Part shown: positions 35,622-42,063 of the stretch, one piece after another
Position numbering within the stretch: the stretch's first letter is position 1
Layout: each line of letters starts with the position of its first letter
Virus genome (UHGV): UHGV-0128156
DNA from: a virus
Reading direction: 5' to 3' (one strand)
Length of the DNA stretch: 47,462 nucleotides
Translations under genes and position numbers: made by a program
Notes under the pieces: model-generated
Databases searched by the model: none
Told to the model about the DNA's origin: nothing
Seen by the model: only the letters and a program-made list of their open reading frames with translations

Positions 35622-35664
35622 TACTGTATAAATAAACAGTATACCTGAAGAATGAAATGGTCAA
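35622..35664 (-). promoter_or_regulatory. SOS promoter with a consensus LexA box overlapping the -10
   Basis: TACTGTATAAATAAACAGTA (CTGT-N8-ACAG) at 35622-35641. Minus-strand -10 TATACT at 35638-35643 and -35 TTGACC at 35659-35664. Confidence 0.75.
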
Positions 35665-35723
35665 GACATTAAAGGCACTTCTTGCCAACTCCATGCCTAT
35701 GTTTAGATTGATCTTTTGCTGAA

Positions 35724-35754
35724 AACCAAAAAACCCGCCGAAGCGGGTTTTTAC
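35724..35754. terminator. Bidirectional intrinsic terminator insulating the SOS operon from the upstream early-right operon
   Basis: AAAAAACCCGCCGAAGCGGGTTTTT, with A-runs and T-runs on both sides. Confidence 0.7.
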
Positions 35755-35938
35755 ATGCAACCATACCATTTTGCTCTGTCATTTTTTGCAAAATTGAACA
35801 GTAGAAGGTTCTGTAGCTTTAGAGTCAGAGCGTTTAGATGAGACGACTACCCATGGCTATGTTGCATTGATGCCATACTACGTAGTGAGCTAACCCGTAA
35901 GGCATTAACTAACCACTTATTATGGCTACATCGATTAC

Positions 35939-36382
35939 TTATTTCAGAAATTTGTTATACACGAAGAACTCTCTATCTCGCACAAATCCATTACGCTCAT
36001 ACAACGCCTGTGCAGGGATATTATCTGTAGCGGTACTAAGCATGATAAAAGCCGAATCGCTCTCCTTCGCCAGTTGCTCAGCACGGGATATTAGTTTCTG
36101 TGCAACACCATGCTTCCTAGCTGACTCATCAACGAAAAGGTCATAAAGCAACCAGATACGTTTCATCTCGAGAGAGCAAAACAAAGGATAGAGTTGCGCA
36201 AAGCCGACCGCTTTCCCATCAACATCGGCGTAAAAAATCACGGACTCATTAAGCTGAAGGCGCTTGAGAATAAAATCTCTGGCCTGGGACGCGTTTTCCT
36301 CGACCTTGTAGAAACGACGGTAACCGAGATACAAAGGAAGGATAGTTTCCACATCATGTGGTTGAGCTTGATAAATTTTCAT
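35939..36382 (-). CDS. GNAT family N-acetyltransferase (AT-rich moron)
   Basis: Acetyl-CoA binding motif region ...VDESARKHGVAQKLISRAEQLAKESDSAFIMLST...ALYERNGF. Low GC. Confidence 0.8.
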   Translation of the reverse strand: MKIYQAQPHDVETILPLYLGYRRFYKVEENASQARDFILKRLQLNESVIFYADVDGKAVGFAQLYPLFCSLEMKRIWLLYDLFVDESARKHGVAQKLISRAEQLAKESDSAFIMLSTATDNIPAQALYERNGFVRDREFFVYNKFLK

Positions 36383-36785
36383 ACAAAAAACCCTATTACA
36401 ACTGAGCTTATAATTGTATTACAAATAATTTGCTTGGTTTATCCTTTTGTGGGTTTATGACCATTTTTACTCCCCCATACACATGTTTGGATTATTTTCC
36501 TCCATAAAAAGACCAACTCACCGAAGCGGGCCTTACCATGCCACAATGTCCATTGTCGGCAGATTAGTCCCCATTAACGCCTCAGCGAACGGCGGCGGCA
36601 CATCGTTACCGCAGCACGATACTTCAGCTAAGAGTCCATTACTTCAACTCCTGCGCGTCTATTACCCTGTGCCGCTTCAATTCACATAATGCGCTTAGTA
36701 CCTGGGCAAACTCTTCGACTTCCTGTTTCGAGCCTAATTCATTCATCACTATCAGTTGCCTATTCACTAGTTATGGTTGATTTGG

Positions 36786-37079
36786 TCATGGTTGACTCCA
36801 GTTATCTTCAATCTCCACGCCTAAGCGGTGCAACCAGTCGGCAAGCTTCAGCATCGACTCGCGATCGCTAAGCACTTCCGGAAAATCTTTCAGTTCGATA
36901 GCCGAATTAAAGCGCCCAAAACTATCGCGCTCTATCGTCAGGAATTGCTCCAGAACAGTTTGCTGGGAGCGGCTGCTATGCCGCACCGAGTAAACTGATT
37001 TGGAGTCTTTGGCTTTAGGATCGTAGCGATACTCAATTAGTATCATCTGGCTTCTGCTGCGGTCAGTTCCTCGCCACAT
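36786..37079 (-). CDS. Hypothetical protein
   Basis: 97-aa ORF with a GAGG RBS. No recognised domain. Confidence 0.4.
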   Translation of the reverse strand: MWRGTDRSRSQMILIEYRYDPKAKDSKSVYSVRHSSRSQQTVLEQFLTIERDSFGRFNSAIELKDFPEVLSDRESMLKLADWLHRLGVEIEDNWSQP

Positions 37080-37198
37080 CACTCAGCCTCGACCTTGATG
37101 CCGATGGCAGCTGTGCACACATAAACGATCACGCCATCCTCTGGGCGCTTGCGCGGCAAAAAGATGCCAGTTCGCGGCCACAACGCAATAAAGCGAGA

Positions 37199-37564
37199 TT
37201 AACTGTTTTCAAGACGGCGAAATGCTTTCTCGCTCATCACACCGACCGGGCGAAGATGCCGATGTTCACGCTCCAGCTCGGCAACGCGCTTTTCTGCTGC
37301 TTTGCGCTTACGATACTGAGCTTTGCGGCTGGCCTTGAAGTGATGCATAGCCAGTTCAGCCATGTAGAGTTGGTGGTCTGCGTTAGCTAGCCGTTGACGA
37401 ACCTCATCATTCTCCAGTTCATCATTCCGCTGCTGCGCCATATCCAGCGCCTCTACCAGCGCATCAAGGTCTACTAGCTTTACAAACGTAATATCGTCGC
37501 CAAACTCTTTTACATGGGCTGAGCGGCGTTTGAGACTGGCTAAAAGTCGGGTGATATCAGTCAT
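37199..37564 (-). CDS. Hypothetical coiled-coil protein
   Basis: 121 aa, charged and helical. ATGA-coupled to the upstream HTH gene. Confidence 0.5.
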   Translation of the reverse strand: MTDITRLLASLKRRSAHVKEFGDDITFVKLVDLDALVEALDMAQQRNDELENDEVRQRLANADHQLYMAELAMHHFKASRKAQYRKRKAAEKRVAELEREHRHLRPVGVMSEKAFRRLENS

Positions 37565-37866
37565 GCTGCGAACTCCCCACCTTTCGAACGTTGTGCCTGC
37601 AGCAATTGTTCGAACCTCATTCTGATCGGGTTACCGCAGCCAAACGGCATATCGTTTACTCTCCACATTGGGGAACCGTTTTTAGTGCCCGTCTGGACAA
37701 TCCGTCCGGTACCCGCCAGTTGCCTAACCTGCCCACTGACAGAGCTGCCACTACGCCCCATTGCTCTAGCTATTTCGCCGGACGTCATATCCGGATTAGC
37801 CCTGAGGAACTCAAAAGCGGTTATTTCATTGCGATATTTGGATTTGATTTTTTTGGTCATGGTCAA
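37561..37866 (-). CDS. Small winged-helix / HTH DNA-binding protein
   Basis: TSGEIARAMGRSGSSVSGQVRQLAGTGRIV is a helix-turn-helix. Confidence 0.55.
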   Translation of the reverse strand: MTMTKKIKSKYRNEITAFEFLRANPDMTSGEIARAMGRSGSSVSGQVRQLAGTGRIVQTGTKNGSPMWRVNDMPFGCGNPIRMRFEQLLQAQRSKGGEFAA

Positions 37867-37873
37867 AACTCGT

Positions 37874-38545
37874 TTACCTGGTTAAACCTGCCGCTTTGCG
37901 GCGTTTGTACTCTTCCATCAGAAGCTGTGCTGGTGTTGGCCCTGCCGGATGTCGCGGCGCTTCAAGCTGTCGGCGAATCGGTGGGATCGAGAATCCATTA
38001 GCCAGATGCTTCGTCCACTTCGTGAGTAATTTTTCTGCCAGTTTTTTTAGTTCCCCCTCTGTGAGGTTTCGCTCAACTCCAGTTCTGCGCATCTCAACGC
38101 AGATGTGATACAGCACGTCCTGTTTCCAGGGGTATCTGTCGCTACCCGAATAGCGATAAGACTCATTGCGCCAGCGCTTGTATTCAGCCATCACAGCTTC
38201 GGATGTCAGGTTGAATGGGTTGGCTCCACTCGCCGAAACCAGCGCTACGAATTCAGCCAGATCCGGTGGCCATGTGTTACCCGCGGCGCAGCGCTCCATG
38301 CACTGACGGCAGACCAGGGTAATCTGGGCATCACTCATCGATCCAATCTGGGCAATCCACATATCCGATGGCGCCGCCCCGTTCTTCTGGGTCCACCGGT
38401 TCGAGAATATCTCTCCCATGACCGTCCATAGCCGCCATGCCGTATCCGCCGCCAGCAAGTCCGCGTTGCTTCTCCCAGAGCTCTCTGGCTTCCTGAATTT
38501 GCTGGACTGCCCGGGATGCGGTGTTAACTGATTGAATTCTTGCAT
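37874..38545 (-). CDS. Replication protein P-like (helicase loader); start uncertain (GGAGGT RBS before M at 38545; ORF is open back to 38593)
   Basis: Central and C-terminal region resembles lambda P (...FVA...YPWK...L...ELKKLAE... versus lambda GQFVAWCR...SYPWKSNAHYW...ELRRKAADEL). Confidence 0.6.
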   Translation of the reverse strand: MQEFNQLTPHPGQSSKFRKPESSGRSNADLLAADTAWRLWTVMGEIFSNRWTQKNGAAPSDMWIAQIGSMSDAQITLVCRQCMERCAAGNTWPPDLAEFVALVSASGANPFNLTSEAVMAEYKRWRNESYRYSGSDRYPWKQDVLYHICVEMRRTGVERNLTEGELKKLAEKLLTKWTKHLANGFSIPPIRRQLEAPRHPAGPTPAQLLMEEYKRRKAAGLTR

Positions 38546-39314
38546 TGCCGTTACCTCCGGTTGCTGGGTGTGGTTTGGATTTGGCTCTGGCATTTATCAC
38601 GCTGCGGGCAAATTTCTGCTCCCACTGAACCTGAGTGAACACTTTCCCCTCGGATTTCCAGTACGCGGTGAACTCTGCCAGCTCTGTCGGCAGGTATGCC
38701 GGTTCGGGAAGCGCTATTCCCCAGGTAGCAGCCAGTCTCGGCCAGTCCTGTGATGGCAGCCAAAGGTCGTGCATAGTGAATTTCCCGATCGGAATATCCA
38801 GACCTTGCAAATACTGAGGTTCCTGAAAAACATTTCCCTTGTGCGCGTAGAGAGTGGGGTTTGATCCTTTTCCCTTCCCTTCCATTCCTTTTCCGTCAGT
38901 GAGTCCTCCATGAGGATTCACTGAGTCCTCATGGAGGACTCCTTGATTAGGTGCTCTCTTTTCTTCCTTTCCAGCCTTAGCCTCAGTGAATTCTGGCGGA
39001 AGAGGTATTTTTGAGGCCGAAGGCCTGTTTATTTTTTGATGCTTAAGGAAACCTTTAATCTGCAAATAGCAGACATCATTCACTGAATACTCAGTGAGTA
39101 ATCCATGAGTAATCAGTTCCTGTATTAGTGGTTCGCAATCGAGCGCATCCGCAGGGAAGATTTGCATCTTCAACCGTTTTGGCGAACGCTCAAGGCATCC
39201 CATGTCGTTGGCGAAGTTGAACAACCCGATAAACAGGAGACGCGCTGGAATTGAACATTCCACCACCTTCTCATCTGTCCAGAATTCAGGTTTAACTGTT
39301 CTGATGCGGGCCAT
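38331..39314 (-). CDS. Replication initiation / replisome organiser protein (O-position); C-terminal 70 aa overlap the P-like gene in another frame
   Basis: 327-aa ORF with an AAGAGG RBS. N-terminus MARIRTVKPEFWTDEKV. Positioned between the cII-position gene and the P-like gene. Confidence 0.5.
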   Translation of the reverse strand: MARIRTVKPEFWTDEKVVECSIPARLLFIGLFNFANDMGCLERSPKRLKMQIFPADALDCEPLIQELITHGLLTEYSVNDVCYLQIKGFLKHQKINRPSASKIPLPPEFTEAKAGKEEKRAPNQGVLHEDSVNPHGGLTDGKGMEGKGKGSNPTLYAHKGNVFQEPQYLQGLDIPIGKFTMHDLWLPSQDWPRLAATWGIALPEPAYLPTELAEFTAYWKSEGKVFTQVQWEQKFARSVINARAKSKPHPATGGNGNARIQSVNTASRAVQQIQEARELWEKQRGLAGGGYGMAAMDGHGRDILEPVDPEERGGAIGYVDCPDWIDE

Positions 39315-39365
39315 CTGAAACCTCTTATTAACCAGCTGGTGCTGGTGGTCATTGTCAAAACTCGA

Positions 39366-39926
39366 TTAGAAAAACTGCGGCGCTACGGCGCTGATACTCG
39401 CCAGTAGTGGTCCCGCCGCATCTGCAGGGAGCATGTTAAAAAGTGCAATTGCAGCTTCCCGTATTTCACGCTCTAGCTTCTGCAGAGGTGCGCCAAGTAA
39501 CTTGGCCTGGTGCGCTTCGCTGCATTCTTTGATTGCATTGGCCACCAGCTCGGTTTCAGTTAAGCCACGTTTTAGGCCATGTTTGCGCGCGATCTCTATC
39601 GGCATTGCATCAGCGATCGCCGCCGAAAGCTGGATGACATAACTGGTGTACTTCTCTGAACCGCCCTCGTTTTTAAGGTAGCGATACAGATTTTGTTTAT
39701 TGACGCTGATACCGCGCCCGTTTTGTTTCTCCCACTGTTCGGCCACCAGCTGCGCGACGTGGTCTTGCGCACGCCCAGGTAATGAGGACTCCCATTCCTG
39801 AACGGCGGCCAAAATGGCTCGGCATTTCTTGCCGTCACGCCGACGGGGCAAATACTGATTTTCCGTTTTCAGTTGCATACTCATCACCGGAGTATGATTT
39901 TCAAAAGAGATGGTTTGCATGGTCAC
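39366..39926 (-). CDS. Hypothetical early protein at the cII position (possible CII/CP76-like regulator)
   Basis: ATGA-coupled to cro. 186 aa. The assignment is positional. Confidence 0.3.
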   Translation of the reverse strand: MTMQTISFENHTPVMSMQLKTENQYLPRRRDGKKCRAILAAVQEWESSLPGRAQDHVAQLVAEQWEKQNGRGISVNKQNLYRYLKNEGGSEKYTSYVIQLSAAIADAMPIEIARKHGLKRGLTETELVANAIKECSEAHQAKLLGAPLQKLEREIREAAIALFNMLPADAAGPLLASISAVAPQFF

Positions 39927-40138
39927 TCCTTAGGTATTCCATCCGTTGGATTCGGATATAGATCAGGACGTAATTCATGAGGCGTAACGCCCGTTGCATT
40001 AAAAACCTGTAAAACTCGCGATGAAGGCACAATACCTTTTGTTTTCCACTGACTTACTGCCATGCCGCTTACTCCAAGCGTTGATGCTAATTTATTGGCT
40101 GAGCCAGCTACTCGAATTGCGTTATCAAGGGCTGTCAT
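39923..40138 (-). CDS. cro: Cro-like HTH transcriptional regulator
   Basis: GSANKLASTLGVSGMAVSQW...GVTPHELRPDLYP matches Cro/YdaS-type HTH proteins. Divergent from the repressor gene, with a GAGGAG RBS. Confidence 0.75.
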   Translation of the reverse strand: MTALDNAIRVAGSANKLASTLGVSGMAVSQWKTKGIVPSSRVLQVFNATGVTPHELRPDLYPNPTDGIPKE

Positions 40139-40159
40139 ATCTATCTCCTCGTTAAGTTA

Positions 40160-40236
40160 GGCATAATAAAGCATAGGTTTATATTCAATGCAAATTTTTA
40201 ATTTATTGTGGCTATAAACTAAACCTTTACAATGGG
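40160..40236. promoter_or_regulatory. Immunity-region operator/promoter block (oR with pR toward cro and a pRM-like leaderless promoter toward the repressor)
   Basis: 17-bp operator-like sites ATAAAGCATAGGTTTAT (40166-40182) and ATAAACTAAACCTTTAC (40214-40230). pR has -35 TTGCAT and -10 TTTATT on the minus strand. The plus strand has TTGTGG, 17 nt, then TACAAT ending 6 nt before the cI-like ATG. Confidence 0.55.
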
Positions 40237-40239
40237 CTT

Positions 40240-40629
40240 ATGAAAAACACTGAAGAACTCAACAACCAACTGATTGCTCGTTTGGAAGAAATTACTCAAA
40301 GAGGGATCAGCAAGGCGGATATGGCTCGCATTGCTGGAGTTACACCTCAAGCGGTGAATGGGTGGTTTAAGAAAGGAGTAATCAGTAAAAAGTCCGCAAT
40401 TGCCCTCGCGGAAGCTGCCAATGTGTCTGTAACTTGGTTGCTTGGAGAGAAGGTATCTGAAGATTCAGGCCTCAAGCCAAATGAGAGCAAAATGTTACGC
40501 CTGTTTAGGCAGTTACCTGAGGCAGAACAAGAGAGAATGATCGATACTTTTGAAGTCCGCCTAAAAGAAATCGATGATTATGTTGAGAAATATCTTCGTG
40601 GTCGATTTAAGGCTAGAGACACTAACTAA
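40240..40629 (+). CDS. CI-like prophage repressor, HTH only, without an S24 autocleavage domain
   Basis: HTH ISKADMARIAGVTPQAVNGWFKKGVISKKSAIALAEAANV. 129 aa with no Ser-Lys peptidase domain. Divergent from cro. Confidence 0.7.
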   Translation: MKNTEELNNQLIARLEEITQRGISKADMARIAGVTPQAVNGWFKKGVISKKSAIALAEAANVSVTWLLGEKVSEDSGLKPNESKMLRLFRQLPEAEQERMIDTFEVRLKEIDDYVEKYLRGRFKARDTN

Positions 40630-40649
40630 CATCTCTGATCTCACCCCAT

Positions 40650-40678
40650 GAAACCGGCAAATGCCGGTTTTTTTTTGC
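40650..40678 (+). terminator. Strong intrinsic terminator after the repressor gene
   Basis: AACCGGCAAATGCCGGTT followed by T9. Confidence 0.8.
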
Positions 40679-40744
40679 CTGCCGCACAGCCTCAATCAAT
40701 CCAACAGCTCCCCTGTCTCGATTAAAGCAAAAGTTTGCATCAGT

Positions 40745-40790
40745 ATAAATCCAATGTTGACATCAAACATAAACCAATGCTTTAATCATT
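40745..40790 (+). promoter_or_regulatory. pL-like early-left promoter with oL operator sites
   Basis: TTGACA, 18 nt, then TTTAAT. The overlapping 17-mer ATAAACCAATGCTTTAA and the flanking TTTGCATCAGTATAAAT resemble the oR sites ATAAACCTATGCTTTAT and TTTGCATTGAATATAAA. Confidence 0.55.
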
Positions 40791-40976
40791 CCATCGCAGC
40801 AAGTCATCGAGGCAGGAAGCCCACGTAGTAGCTGCCGGCGGCATACGAAACACCGGATGAGATGACGACCAAAAGAATTCGCAGCAGGTTTTAACGTTCC
40901 GCTGGCCCGCGTTACAGGCATGACACAGGACATCGCTATGAGAATAGAAGTATGCAGGAGAGGGAAGATTTACTTT

Positions 40977-41291
40977 TTACTCGTCTCCCAAATCAAACTC
41001 TCCGTCGCGCGAGATTTGGAGGCCCGATTCGGCGACCGCGTAATCAATGCAGCTTTTGGTACTGACATCTCGTGCCTCGATTTCGCACCAGGAGATGAAC
41101 TCGTAAGTGCTGGCTACCACCTTAACAACCTGGATACCGCTGTTTTCGTAGCGCTCCACCATGCTATCTGCGCGGATACGCCAGTCGTAATAGTCAAAGG
41201 GTAGGACGTAAGCATCTGAAAGGATTTTTTGGAATTCTTCGTAGTGAACGGGATCTTCGTACCAGAAGACAGGTATAGGGCTACGGGACAT
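40977..41291 (-). CDS. Hypothetical acidic protein encoded antisense to the pL transcript
   Basis: 104 aa with enterobacterial codon usage (TAC/TTC/GAA). GAGAG RBS. Confidence 0.5.
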   Translation of the reverse strand: MSRSPIPVFWYEDPVHYEEFQKILSDAYVLPFDYYDWRIRADSMVERYENSGIQVVKVVASTYEFISWCEIEARDVSTKSCIDYAVAESGLQISRDGEFDLGDE

Positions 41292-41428
41292 TTTGCTCTC
41301 TTTTCTTGGATGTGTGAGAACTCCAAGAATACCACCGAGCCTGAAGTGGTGAAAAGACAGGCAAATCAATAAACAGGCTTTGCAACACAGTGAATGCGGC
41401 TAAGCGCACGCGACACAGTTAAAAGGTA

Positions 41429-41449
41429 AACATGGGCGGTTTCCATGTT
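41429..41449. promoter_or_regulatory. Perfect 7-bp inverted repeat AACATGG-N7-CCATGTT (candidate regulator binding site)
   Basis: Sits in the intergenic region between the minus-strand gene start and the small plus-strand genes. Confidence 0.35.
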
Positions 41450-41558
41450 GCGGGAAAAAACAGGTCGGCAGCAGTTGTTAACTGGCTGCAGCCACCGGGA
41501 GGCACCCGGCGCCGTGCTGCAAAGCCCCCTACCCATCAATAAACGGGAGATGAATATG

Positions 41559-41678
41559 ACAGATTTTGCCCGAGTACCGACTGGCCACCAGGCAACACGA
41601 CTGAACTGGTTTGAAGCAAGGCTACGTCAGCTTTGCTACCTGTTAGCCCAGAAAGGGAACCCTGAGGCTAAAGCATGA
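41559..41678 (+). CDS. Small 39-aa protein
   Basis: GGGAG RBS. ATGA-coupled to the next small gene. Confidence 0.35.
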   Translation, partial: TDFARVPTGHQATRLNWFEARLRQLCYLLAQKGNPEAKA

Positions 41679-41869
41679 ATACGCTGTTTGCCCTTGTCAT
41701 CAGCGTGTGCGCCCTGACCAGCGAGTGCTCTGATGTCCTGATAGGCGTGTATCCATCTGAGACCAGTTGTAACAGCGATGCTGAGGCCCAGAAGGTAAAA
41801 GGCACATGCCAGCCATACAAAAAGGCATTGAAGACGGCTGACGACCAACAGCCTGCAGTAAGTTTCTGA
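41675..41869 (+). CDS. Small secreted Cys-containing protein (signal peptide)
   Basis: MNTLFALVISVCALTSECSD... has a hydrophobic N-terminus. 64 aa. Confidence 0.4.
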   Translation: MNTLFALVISVCALTSECSDVLIGVYPSETSCNSDAEAQKVKGTCQPYKKALKTADDQQPAVSF

Positions 41870-42013
41870 TTCGGGTTTTGAGAATGACTACTGAACACCA
41901 CCAGCCTGAAAAAGGCCCATAAAGCACAAAACCCGCGCAAGGCGGGTTAAGTACCCCGGTTAGCCGACCAAAGCTTTCCGGATTCGAGTTTTGACAATGA
42001 CCACTACCCAGAG
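41868..42013. repeat. Two imperfect 28-32-bp direct repeats (GATTCG(G/A)GTTTTGA(G/C)AATGAC(T/C)ACT) flanking a GC-rich hairpin upstream of the exonuclease gene
   Basis: Copies at 41868-41899 and 41981-42013, with the hairpin AACCCGCgcaagGCGGGTT at 41930-41948. Confidence 0.5.
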
Positions 42014-42063
42014 GGAGCTTTCACAGTCCCGGGTATCTTACAGCCTTAAGGAACCCAAACGCA

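Noticed and set aside
36771-36797. Short direct repeat ATGGTTGA x2 and nearby CCGAAGCGGG motif
   Set aside because: Too short to distinguish from chance and there is no associated ORF. Noted only as a possible iteron remnant.
40920-41204. 94-aa plus-strand ORF downstream of the pL-like promoter (possible N-like gene)
   Set aside because: No RBS, no Arg-rich motif, and it is antisense to a better-supported minus-strand ORF. It is kept only as an alternative in the findings.
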